Virus record (IMG/VR): IMGVR_UViG_3300037258_000514
Location: 96,001-160,000 of that record
From: a virus
Strand: one strand, 5' to 3'
DNA length: 64,000 nucleotides
In this document: positions 1 to 7,511 of the stretch, one piece after another
Position numbering within the stretch: the stretch's first letter is position 1
Layout: each line of letters opens with the position of its first letter
Position numbers and translations under genes: made by a program
The notes under the pieces: model-generated
The model's input: the letters and a program-made list of their open reading frames with translations, nothing else
What the model was told of the DNA's origin: nothing
The model's database searches: none

Positions 1-33
1 CAACCATCCTATTAACCAACCCCGCCTTAAAAC

Positions 34-228
34 TTATCGCAAGAAGCTTGTAGGACTCATTGCTGCATACTTTAGCAAGAATGAAAGCAATCCTACCCAA
101 AACATGTGCAAGCCAATTACATTGCATTTCATGTTAAGATCTGATGGTGGAGGTGTTGTTGGTCTGGCTGTGATTAAAAACATTACCAAACCAAGTAAAC
201 ACACTAAAAGTGAAAGATAAATTTGCAT
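34..228 (-). CDS. small two-TM membrane protein
   Basis: ATG at 228 with AGGAG RBS; two hydrophobic stretches. Confidence 0.6.
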   Translation of the reverse strand: MQIYLSLLVCLLGLVMFLITARPTTPPPSDLNMKCNVIGLHMFWVGLLSFLLKYAAMSPTSFLR

Positions 229-241
229 TGTTGATCTCCTT

Positions 242-394
242 TTATATTCGTCCAAGCAAGAATAAGATCAGAACAATAATAAAAATTGTTCCTAATAGTC
301 CTGATGGAGCGTAACCCCAGTTTTGACTGTGAGGCCATGATGGGAAAGCGCCAACGAGCAGTAAGATTAAAACGATTAGCAAGATTAAGCCCAT
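242..394 (-). CDS. DUF3309-family small membrane protein (50 aa, not in ORF track)
   Basis: Translates MGLILLIVLILLLVGAFPSWPHSQNWGYAPSGLLGTIFIIVLILFLLGRI; PxWPHSxxWGYxPSG...LLGRI pattern; GAGGTG RBS. Confidence 0.8.
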   Translation of the reverse strand: MGLILLIVLILLLVGAFPSWPHSQNWGYAPSGLLGTIFIIVLILFLLGRI

Positions 395-507
395 AGTTGT
401 CACCTCGCTTGATCGTAATATAAACCTAAGCCAGAAATCTGTTCAGTTTTATACACTTCGTACTCTTTGATGCTGTTTGGGAGAAAAACGTTTGATACAA
501 AATTAAA

Positions 508-582
508 TGGCAGGGGATCCGAGACTCGAACTCGGGTAAACGGTTTTGGAGACCGACGTAATGGCCGCTATACGAATCCCCT
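508..582 (-). tRNA. trnW: tRNA-Trp(CCA)
   Basis: Acceptor AGGGGAU/AUCCCCU, loop CUCCAAA, T loop UUCGAGU, encoded CCA. Confidence 0.93.
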
Positions 583-587
583 AAATT

Positions 588-719
588 TATTCTGAGAGGC
601 GCCAAAGCCTTGTCCGTTGTAGAATGCTCGTAACGACTAGGGGTTGCGCAGTCCCGTTCCGATAGTTTATACTGACACATTCTTGGTCAACCACTCGCCA
701 CCTACCACCTCTCAGAATA
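588..719 (-). ncRNA. unassigned structured RNA candidate between tRNA-Trp and tRNA-Asp
   Basis: 12-bp perfect terminal inverted repeat (TATTCTGAGAGG/CCTCTCAGAATA) closing about 110 nt; internal AGAAUG/CAUUCU helix. Confidence 0.4.
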
Positions 720-720
720 T

Positions 721-797
721 TGGCGGGCCGTACGGGATTCGAACCCGTGAATGTACGGTAGACAGCCGTATAGCTTAGACCGCTTGCCTAACGACCC
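721..797 (-). tRNA. trnD: tRNA-Asp(GUC)
   Basis: Acceptor GGGUCGU/ACGGCCC, anticodon arm UACGG-CUGUCUA-CCGUA, GGUUCGAAUCC, CCA. Confidence 0.93.
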
Positions 798-826
798 CAA
801 TATTACTCTATTCAGTTGTCAAAGAA

Positions 827-1486
827 TTACAACACCGCCGCCTGAACGGCTTGATGAGAATGCGTCTCTTTCTCATCGTTGAACTTTCGGCACTTACTAC
901 ACCAAATTAGTTTATACCCAAATTTATAAAGACGATTTCCTACTGCAACGGCACTAACGCCCAACTTTTCTCCTACATATGTGTAGGAAGAATTCTTAAC
1001 CATTGTTACAAGCTCGTTAATCTCAGGCCATTCAATCTTCGTTCTTAACCGTAAACGAGCATGAATCTTATTATAAACGCCTTCAGTATGAAGCCTTTTA
1101 GTACGTAACGAAGCCTCTTGACGCGCTTTAACACTAGTAATTCTACACTTTCTCAACTGCATTGCTTTTTCTTCGCCATATTTAGCTATTGTATATAACC
1201 AAATATTTTTCTTTCCATTTGCTATAGCATCTGCAGTATTTTCTGCTGCAGTACCCCAATACAGATGATAAGGATTACTGCACTTCTCATTGTGACAGGC
1301 ATGACAGCAATGAATTTTTACTTCAAAAGGGATTGTAGTATCAACTATATATGCTAGTAGACCTCTACATTCACCTGAACTGCCTTCCTTTGGATTTCCT
1401 CCTCTTTCTACGCAAGGTGAGTCAAGTTTTAAATGAGATTGCCTTTCTTTCTTTGGACGTAGAATATATTCTTCTATATTAATCAT
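827..1486 (-). CDS. HNH/His-Me finger homing endonuclease-like protein
   Basis: CHACHNEKCSNPYHLYWGTxxEN motif; C-terminal HTH-like and CxxC segment; inside tRNA cluster. Confidence 0.7.
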   Translation of the reverse strand: MINIEEYILRPKKERQSHLKLDSPCVERGGNPKEGSSGECRGLLAYIVDTTIPFEVKIHCCHACHNEKCSNPYHLYWGTAAENTADAIANGKKNIWLYTIAKYGEEKAMQLRKCRITSVKARQEASLRTKRLHTEGVYNKIHARLRLRTKIEWPEINELVTMVKNSSYTYVGEKLGVSAVAVGNRLYKFGYKLIWCSKCRKFNDEKETHSHQAVQAAVL

Positions 1487-1520
1487 AAATACTTCAAGCC
1501 CCTGAGGGCGTCACAAACTT

Positions 1521-1597
1521 TGGCTGGCCACCCAGGATTCGAACCTGGAATCTTCGCGTTCAGAGCGCGCTGCGTTCGCCGGTTGCGCCAGTGGCCA
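1521..1597 (-). tRNA. trnQ: tRNA-Gln(CUG)
   Basis: Acceptor UGGCCAC/GUGGCCA (U1-A72), loop CUCUGAA, GGUUCGAAUCC, CCA. Confidence 0.93.
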
Positions 1598-1602
1598 ATT
1601 TA

Positions 1603-1782
1603 CTAAACAAAATCTACTACGTTGTTATTTATACCGCCCTGCGGCGGTGCTGGATTCGTCTGTTCAACATTTGTATTCACAGGATTATCAACTCCCGGTA
1701 CAGGAAGTCCGTAAGGATTAATGTACGAAGTTCCTGTGTTTTGGTAGTACCATCCGAAGTTATTAAATCCCGGTGATGACAT
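1603..1782 (-). CDS. hypothetical 59-aa N/P/G-rich protein
   Basis: MSSPGFNNFGWYY...VVDFV with AGGAG RBS, fills the gap between tRNAs. Confidence 0.55.
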   Translation of the reverse strand: MSSPGFNNFGWYYQNTGTSYINPYGLPVPGVDNPVNTNVEQTNPAPPQGGINNNVVDFV

Positions 1783-1811
1783 TAACGTCTCCTAAATGGC
1801 AGTTCTAATTT

Positions 1812-1887
1812 TGGTAGCCCGAGCAGGACTCGAACCTGCGCTATTCTGCTCCAAAGGCAGACGTCTTGGCCGCTAAACGATCGGGCT
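1812..1887 (-). tRNA. trnQ: tRNA-Gln(UUG)
   Basis: Acceptor AGCCCGA/UCGGGCU, arm UCUGC-CUUUGGA-GCAGA, GGUUCGAGUCC, CCA. Confidence 0.9.
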
Positions 1888-2505
1888 ATTAACTTTCTCT
1901 AACTTCTTTCCGGCATACATTCGTTGAATTTTTCCCAACTTCCAACCCTGTATTGTTGCTAGTGCTATAAGATTCTTTTCGATTCTAATATTCTTGTCTT
2001 CTTTGTTCATCCAAACTGTATCCGTAGCTTGGTTTCTACTTCCAACGCAAAGCTTACGTCCATTTGAAATCTTTGCTTTTAGTTCAGATGAAACTATGAA
2101 ACTAGGATGAAAACCTTCACGTCCTTCTTTCCAACCAAGAGTAACAAAAAGTTCTTTGTCATAAAGACAAATTAATCGTGTTAAGCCGTTGTAAGACATC
2201 CAAACTTTATCGGCTGTATTGCGTTTATCTCCGAAATTATTTGTGTATCCGTTTTCTACAGCATCAACACGATTATCTGTCGGTGTTCCCCAGTATAGAT
2301 GAACTTTGTTACTACATTTTTCATTGTGACACGCGTGACATAAGTAAATTTTATATCCCTTTGGGATAGAAGTGTTTAAGTAGTCAGCTAACATGCCTTT
2401 AAACTCAACTGAAAATCCCCCGCGTTCAATGCAGGGATCGTGCAATTTTAAATGAGAGCGTCTTTGCTCTCTTGACAACAAAATGTACTCTTCTATTTTT
2501 ATCAT
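1873..2505 (-). CDS. HNH/His-Me finger homing endonuclease-like protein, paralog of 827..1486
   Basis: Same N-terminus (MIxIEEYIL...SHLKLxxPCxERGG) and CHACHNEKCSNxxHLYWGT; repeated VWM...GWKxG modules; start placed at MIKIEE. Confidence 0.7.
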   Translation of the reverse strand: MIKIEEYILLSREQRRSHLKLHDPCIERGGFSVEFKGMLADYLNTSIPKGYKIYLCHACHNEKCSNKVHLYWGTPTDNRVDAVENGYTNNFGDKRNTADKVWMSYNGLTRLICLYDKELFVTLGWKEGREGFHPSFIVSSELKAKISNGRKLCVGSRNQATDTVWMNKEDKNIRIEKNLIALATIQGWKLGKIQRMYAGKKLEKVNSPIV

Positions 2506-2690
2506 ACTTCCAATGCTATAGCTTGTCCGCAGCGCATACATAAAACAAAACTTGAATCTACATCAAATCCAGCATTTTGTCTTGCCACACGCGCCTCATT
2601 CCTAAGAATGATATGATCATCACCGCTTCTTGTGCAAACTCGCTCTGTTGTTATCTCTGCTTTGTGTCCAAGTACATTAATTGTCGGCAT
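2502..2690 (-). CDS. hypothetical small Cys/His protein
   Basis: ORF track; CxxC near C-terminus; coupled to the next gene. Confidence 0.5.
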   Translation of the reverse strand: MPTINVLGHKAEITTERVCTRSGDDHIILRNEARVARQNAGFDVDSSFVLCMRCGQAIALEV

Positions 2691-2694
2691 AAAC

Positions 2695-2769
2695 TGGTGG
2701 GGCTAACGGGAATCGAACCCGTATTTAAGCTGTGAAAGAGCTTTTACCTGACCGTTAGTAGATAGCCCC
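2695..2769 (-). tRNA. trnE: tRNA-Glu(UUC)
   Basis: Acceptor GGGGCUA/UAGCCCC, arm AAGCU-CUUUCAC-AGCUU, GGUUCGAUUCC, CCA. Confidence 0.92.
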
Positions 2770-2970
2770 TAAAAATCTTTACAACTTGAAATTGTGTTTT
2801 GAGTAGTTCTACAGCTCTTTTGTTTTTTGGCTTGTAAGCCACGCCGTCTGTGTATGAGCGTTATTCCCGTCAATCACCTGACAGCTCGGAGACGATGGGG
2901 TTGGTCTAAAACCGCGTTCACGTAAATATCGCGATATGACCATAACGGTCTCCCTTTGATTAGCTATTAA

Positions 2971-3000
2971 AGCCTATAATAATAGGCTAATTAATGTCAA
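2971..3000 (-). promoter_or_regulatory. sigma70-like promoter for the tRNA cluster, with overlapping palindrome
   Basis: TTGACA-18 nt-TAGGCT; AGCCTAT-N4-ATAGGCT palindrome over the -10/spacer. Confidence 0.5.
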
Positions 3001-3019
3001 GCATTTCTTTTAAAAAATT

Positions 3020-3180
3020 TTATGTGTAGGCTTCAAACGTATCCGGTCCTAGGTGCTCCGAATAGTTTCCTTCTGATGAGAACTTCTTCGTATTACTTTA
3101 TTGGTAACACGGGCCACAGCTAACTCCCGTCTCATCCTCCCGTGGACAGACATCCCGTCTCTCGATGCCACTACACATAA
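3020..3180 (-). ncRNA. structured ncRNA candidate (possibly a diverged Y-RNA-like element)
   Basis: 10-bp terminal stem UUAUGUGUAG/CUACACAUAA, then UGGCAUCGAGA; internal helices GAUGAGA/UCUCAUC and CGUGUUAC/GUAAUACG. Confidence 0.5.
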
Positions 3181-3182
3181 CT

Positions 3183-3941
3183 TTATGTCCACATTAACTT
3201 CATCTTGCCAACAGTCTCAGAAAAGGCTCCTGCCTTCTGTGTTAAGTCTAACTGCATTTGTACGATTACTTGATTATAATCGGTCCAGTTGGATTTAACT
3301 GCTGGTACATTCTGTAAACTAACAGGTACAAGATAAAGATCAGCATCTATTGCTACTGCCGTTGTAGAACTAATCTTCTTAACAAAATCAAATGTATGAA
3401 AAATTTGGATTTTGTGGGCGATATTCGGCATTAGCTTGCTTGCGATAGAAGCGAAGTTTACCCAACTTCCATCAGCTTTAGCAATCTGTAGAGTTAACGC
3501 AGCGGCGTTAATCTGAAAGCTTCGATTATACTTATATGCAGAACCGTCAGTTTCTTTTGCGCCTGTGAGAATTAAATCACTCTCTTCAGCCTGCGCGTCC
3601 GTTAAACTCGACGCACTTAATTCCATTTCGAAGCTGTGGCAAACTGCATGACTACCAGTAGGAATTGGCCGAGCCAGATACCACTCTGCTCCAGCATATT
3701 TCCCGGGCGTAACGCTACCAGATACGCTGAACACTGCGTAATCTAGTACAGGTTCCATTGCATATTCTTGCGGTACTCCATCACTTACGGAACCGCCAGC
3801 TTGTGCTTTCCATGCAGGGTAAAGAGGAACCCAATCTATTATCATATATTCCCCTCCATAAAAATACTCAGGTGTGAGTCGATCAATTTCTTGATCGGCT
3901 TGGGCGGGTATTGTGGGAGAATGCAACCGTTCCTCCCACAA
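3183..3941 (-). CDS. hypothetical protein, probable beta-sandwich (ConA/lectin-like) fold
   Basis: Alternating beta-strand pattern; AQAxExD and QxQLD motifs recalled from acidobacterial proteins; start uncertain. Confidence 0.4.
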   Translation of the reverse strand: MWEERLHSPTIPAQADQEIDRLTPEYFYGGEYMIIDWVPLYPAWKAQAGGSVSDGVPQEYAMEPVLDYAVFSVSGSVTPGKYAGAEWYLARPIPTGSHAVCHSFEMELSASSLTDAQAEESDLILTGAKETDGSAYKYNRSFQINAAALTLQIAKADGSWVNFASIASKLMPNIAHKIQIFHTFDFVKKISSTTAVAIDADLYLVPVSLQNVPAVKSNWTDYNQVIVQMQLDLTQKAGAFSETVGKMKLMWT

Positions 3942-3994
3942 TTTTTATGGCTTCCCAGCTAGCCTTGCATTTAGCTATCTCACACCCGAACTTG

Positions 3995-5332
3995 TTATTG
4001 AATCTTCTCTAGTTCACGAATGAAATTGATGCAAGCTTCACTCCATCCGTCAATGTGTGTCCACTCTCTGTAACCAAGGCCGTTCTTGTTAGAAGCAACG
4101 TTAATTACATACCCTTTACCTTTGGGTGAAGCAATCCCATCGTGGGCTTGTTCATCAGTGAACACAATGATACGATCATAGCCTTCTCTTGAATTAATGT
4201 GCTGTAAAGCTCGTTCAAGATAAGTTGAACCGTGGGGCAAGCTGTTTACGATCGCATCACGTAGAGCAAATCCTCTACGAGCAGGTACTAGCACGCATTG
4301 AGAGCTGAATGTGTAGACAACACAATCAGAACAAATTTCACGCGCTAGCATTGCCACTCCACAGGCAGCATCCATTCTAGTGATCTCAGACTTTCCTGAG
4401 ATTTGCGCTTCCATTGAACCGGATACGTCTATTAATAGAATAGTCTTACCTGTAAGCTTTTCCTGCTCCTTGAGACACTTCATCATACCTGCTTCAAGTT
4501 CTTGCTCAAGTTTCGGAGCATAACGAGCAGCGGCGATGAAGCGGAACGGAAGTACGCGTTCGGTCTTGATGTTTAGCAACGCCTTACGAATATTGGAAAT
4601 GTCGACTCCTGCTTCTTGCATGTTACGCAAGTTGCGAAGGAGAGCCAAAGCGCCCAGCTGATTTTCTGCGAGCTTTGATTCCCATACTGCTTTCTTCTGT
4701 TCCTCTGTCTTCTTTTCCTCTCCTGCCGACAAGGCTACTTCCCAAGTCGAAGCAGGCGGGAGAGTTCCATTAACTAACTGTTTCCAAACTGCTTCTTGCT
4801 CTTCGTCTTTCGGCTTTGCGTGCGACAGGAACAAAACATCACGAAGCTTTACTGCATTGTCTTGGTTGTACTTCGCCAAGTCATAGGCAGAAAACTTATT
4901 GAAAGCCTTTGCAAGACCTTTTTTCACTTGAGCAGAAAGTGTTTTCTTTCCCGGTTGATCTGCCCAGTAGAGTGCAAGGAACTCTGCAAGTTCATCAGCA
5001 CGTTGAATTACACGTGCAAGTGTGTCAGCAACGAGACTACCATCAACATCTTTTCTCTTTGCCAACGAACGGACAAGGAAAAGAGGCATGTGACGAAGCT
5101 TCTGTTGTTCGCGACATTCGATTGCCAACTGTGCAACTTTGTTGGAATCAACATGCTTTGCCGCTTCGAGAACTTGCTCAGAGATCGTCTTACCATCAAC
5201 ATAAAACTGATCTTCAAATAACATCGTTGCAAGAGTTAAACGACGAAGCTGAAGTTCAGGCGAAATCTGAACCGCCTTTGCTCCTTCGTGTGTAAAAATT
5301 GGGTTGGATAGTACGGCTGTGTTTGTACGCAT
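3995..5332 (-). CDS. rsr: Ro60/Rsr ortholog (TROVE + vWA domain RNA-binding protein)
   Basis: THEGA, QRADELAEF, YDLAKY, LRDVLFLSHAKP, TWEVALS, ALLRNLRNM, LPFRF; vWA MIDAS DVSGSM...GST...TDEQ. Confidence 0.95.
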   Translation of the reverse strand: MRTNTAVLSNPIFTHEGAKAVQISPELQLRRLTLATMLFEDQFYVDGKTISEQVLEAAKHVDSNKVAQLAIECREQQKLRHMPLFLVRSLAKRKDVDGSLVADTLARVIQRADELAEFLALYWADQPGKKTLSAQVKKGLAKAFNKFSAYDLAKYNQDNAVKLRDVLFLSHAKPKDEEQEAVWKQLVNGTLPPASTWEVALSAGEEKKTEEQKKAVWESKLAENQLGALALLRNLRNMQEAGVDISNIRKALLNIKTERVLPFRFIAAARYAPKLEQELEAGMMKCLKEQEKLTGKTILLIDVSGSMEAQISGKSEITRMDAACGVAMLAREICSDCVVYTFSSQCVLVPARRGFALRDAIVNSLPHGSTYLERALQHINSREGYDRIIVFTDEQAHDGIASPKGKGYVINVASNKNGLGYREWTHIDGWSEACINFIRELEKIQ

Positions 5333-5373
5333 TTGTTGCCTCCGCCAGAGTCTAGTTGACTCGGAAATTTAAT

Positions 5374-5474
5374 CTACCGGGAACACTCGAGCAACGTAGC
5401 GTTTTAAAGTCCGCAACGACCCACATGGTATGAGGTTATTAGCCTCGAAGTAATGCTACTCTACGCCACGGCAG
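5374..5474 (-). ncRNA. Y-RNA-like element E
   Basis: CUGCCG-UGGCGUA-GAGUAGCAU-UACUUC-insert-GAGUGUUCC-CGGUAG; directly upstream of Ro60. Confidence 0.75.
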
Positions 5475-5478
5475 TTAG

Positions 5479-5814
5479 TTACTCGTAAATACCTAAAACC
5501 TCTTCTTCACGCATCATTAATAGCTTTTCGCCATCGACTTCAATATCTACACCTGAATACGGTCCGAAAAGAACTGTCTCACCGACCTGAATATCAAGTG
5601 GAAACAATTCTCCATGTTCGTTCTTCTTTCCTCGTCCTACAGCTAATACTGTTCCCTTTAGTGGCTTATCTTGAGCTGCATCAGGAATAAACAACCCACT
5701 ATCTGTCTTTGTTTTGGCTTCATGTCGTCGAACGGTAAGACGATCGTGTAGCGGTTTAAACTTTTTTACTGCAAAAGCTGCTTTCTTTTCTTCCTGCATT
5801 GCTGTACTAGGCAT
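5479..5814 (-). CDS. groES: co-chaperonin GroES
   Basis: FKPLHDRLTVRR...GLFIPDAAQDKP..GTVLAVGRG...VLFGPYSG...MREEEVLGI. Confidence 0.95.
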   Translation of the reverse strand: MPSTAMQEEKKAAFAVKKFKPLHDRLTVRRHEAKTKTDSGLFIPDAAQDKPLKGTVLAVGRGKKNEHGELFPLDIQVGETVLFGPYSGVDIEVDGEKLLMMREEEVLGIYE

Positions 5815-5841
5815 TCTATCCCTCTCAGGAGTTTTAAAAAA

Positions 5842-5993
5842 TTAGCTTCGGGAACAAGCGATTCAAGTGTTTTTAGCGTGCTACCATTACACCACCGGCC
5901 AAGTCTATTCGTTATTGGTTGGCCAGCAAGGACTCGAACCTTGACCTCTTCCTCTCAAGGGAAGTAACTCAAATCATAACGCCACGAAGCTAA
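5842..5993 (-). ncRNA. YrlA-like Y RNA (element D) containing a circularly permuted tRNA domain
   Basis: 9-bp terminal stem, shared scaffold; T arm CAAGG-UUCGAGU-CCUUG, acceptor CUGGCCA-ACCA...UGGCCGG, D arm GUGU-AAUGGUA-GCAC. Confidence 0.85.
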
Positions 5994-5998
5994 ATTCT

Positions 5999-6095
5999 AT
6001 CCGCGGGGAATATGCGACTTAGGATAGCCCATACCAATAGGGCAGTTCCCCGATTACACGGTGAAGAAGTAACCCAAATCTATCGCCACGCAGAC
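5999..6095 (-). ncRNA. Y-RNA-like element C
   Basis: GUCUGCG-UGGCGAUA-GAUUUGGGU-UACUUC-two hairpins-GCAUAUUCC-CCGCGGAU. Confidence 0.75.
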
Positions 6096-6109
6096 TTAAA
6101 CTTTAAATC

Positions 6110-6315
6110 GTTCCAGGGAATAGTCGAATCTGGTCGATGTTACCTTTAGGGCTTACTTCATTCGGGTTTCAGTTATTTACTCCCCTACGTGTTTTAGCCT
6201 TATATCTCACATCTAACGGATTTGAAAAGGACGCTTAGCCTTTGTTCAGAAACGCTGTTTTGTTTCTGCTACAGCTGCTAGGTATGAAGTAGCCAGCTTC
6301 TGTCGCCACTGAAAC
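6110..6315 (-). ncRNA. Y-RNA-like element B (long insert)
   Basis: GUUUCAG-UGGCGACA-GAAGCUGGC-UACUUC-about 150 nt-GACCAGAUUC-GACUAUUCC-CUGGAAC. Confidence 0.72.
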
Positions 6316-6319
6316 AAAC

Positions 6320-7138
6320 TTAATCCAAAAACATTGAAACAGTTCCAAAAATTGCGCCTTCTTTGTTTAGCAAAACCTTGTGCCAACCATTAAGGAAGAT
6401 CGTTTTGTGATCTGCGTGCTTTACGCTTCCTCTTGCGTATACAGTTGCATTACGCTTCATCTGGTTAAAACCGCGCTGCTGATGCGGTTCAAGTCTTTCG
6501 TATTCAGCAGGCGAAATAACTGCCTCACCGCGAACGTAAACTGTGTCACCACCAAATCTGTAAAGCTGTTCGCACATGTGCGGTTTGCTTCCACGCCCGC
6601 GACTGATCGGTTCGTTTTTCAAGATTGGATTCTTCCAATCACTTTTAGCAAGAACAAAATTTGGATCAGGAATGAAAAACCATTCACCCTGGCGAAGCCT
6701 CGCAGCATTGCGACGACGATCACGATGACGTGCGCTTAATCCTTGTTCTGCTTCACGTACATCTGTTGGTTTCATTGACTGCTTAGCATCACGAACAGTT
6801 GTTGCATTTCCATCAATTCCGGAAATGAACCAATGCCGTTCATCATGTCCAAGCAACATTCGCGTTACGGATTCACCAAGTTTTTGTCCTACACGATTGA
6901 ACGTAGGAGTTGCTGCCATCAAAACCATGTGACGTTCTTTTGGAACAAGATTTAAGACGTTGAATCTTACATCTGCTCCCTTTTCAACAGCCAACTCAAA
7001 ATGTTCACCTTTCCTATCGTTTACAATGTTGATAAGAAAAGGTGTTGTCCTTCTGTTCCATGGATTGGTACGTAACTCAGACAGCTTGAGTCGCGCTCCC
7101 ATCTTCTCAAATGACCGTTCTAGTGTTTGTAGTTCCAT
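6320..7138 (-). CDS. conserved hypothetical protein (RQGEWFF...HxDH motif)
   Basis: Long ORF with GHDERHWF, RQGEWFFIP and VKHADHKTI motifs; His-rich, possibly metal-binding. Confidence 0.7.
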   Translation of the reverse strand: MELQTLERSFEKMGARLKLSELRTNPWNRRTTPFLINIVNDRKGEHFELAVEKGADVRFNVLNLVPKERHMVLMAATPTFNRVGQKLGESVTRMLLGHDERHWFISGIDGNATTVRDAKQSMKPTDVREAEQGLSARHRDRRRNAARLRQGEWFFIPDPNFVLAKSDWKNPILKNEPISRGRGSKPHMCEQLYRFGGDTVYVRGEAVISPAEYERLEPHQQRGFNQMKRNATVYARGSVKHADHKTIFLNGWHKVLLNKEGAIFGTVSMFLD

Positions 7139-7152
7139 TTTTGTATAATCTC

Positions 7153-7219
7153 CCGGGGAACAAACGACTAAAGGTATATTTTCTCCAATTGAGAAGTAAC
7201 CCTTAGTCTACGCCACCGG
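7153..7219 (-). ncRNA. Y-RNA-like element A (minimal)
   Basis: CCGG-UGGCGUA-GACUAAGGGU-UACUUC-small hairpin-ACCUUUAGUC-GUUUGUUCC-CCGG. Confidence 0.75.
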
Positions 7220-7268
7220 TAAATTATCGAGCAGTCTGGTCTCGTTGTGCCTATAAATATACCAAAAC

Positions 7269-7472
7269 TTAGCTCTTACCAGTTTGCGCATATCGTTGGT
7301 TAGTGATAAGTACGTTGAGTGGTGGTGCAGTATTACTGAAGGGATTGTGTCCTCCTGTGTGATCTTTATCACGCAGGCAAGGACGCTTCGAGAAATCCCA
7401 GCACTTATACATAACGCCACACGTTTCTCTAACTGTAAGTTCTTCGTTCTGTGCGTTAATAACGGCTAGCAT
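7269..7472 (-). CDS. small Cys/His protein
   Basis: AAAGGAGG RBS before MLAVINAQ; CxxxxxHxGxH motif. Confidence 0.5.
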   Translation of the reverse strand: MLAVINAQNEELTVRETCGVMYKCWDFSKRPCLRDKDHTGGHNPFSNTAPPLNVLITNQRYAQTGKS

Positions 7473-7511
7473 TTTACGTCCTCCTTTTAAATTACCAGTG
7501 ACACTACTGGT

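Noticed and set aside
426-680. 84-aa ORF and the many short antisense ORFs in the track (e.g. 4796..5221, 47780..48319)
   Set aside because: They overlap tRNAs or well-supported genes on the other strand and lack RBS or motifs
3026-3042. GTAGG-CTTCAAA-CGTAT as a tRNA-Sec anticodon arm (also UUCAAAUCC in element B)
   Set aside because: Mismatched stems and no D, T or acceptor arms; no selC can be supported
3073-3095. CTGATGA as a hammerhead ribozyme core
   Set aside because: No GAAA after stem II, and it lies on the strand opposite to local transcription
5877-5964. Ordinary tRNA gene or two tRNA pseudogene halves
   Set aside because: The halves are in permuted order and enclosed in the shared Y-RNA scaffold
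5374-7219. Repeat-variable-repeat layout as a CRISPR array
   Set aside because: The units are covarying inverted stems of very different lengths separated by genes, with no identical direct repeats and no cas genes
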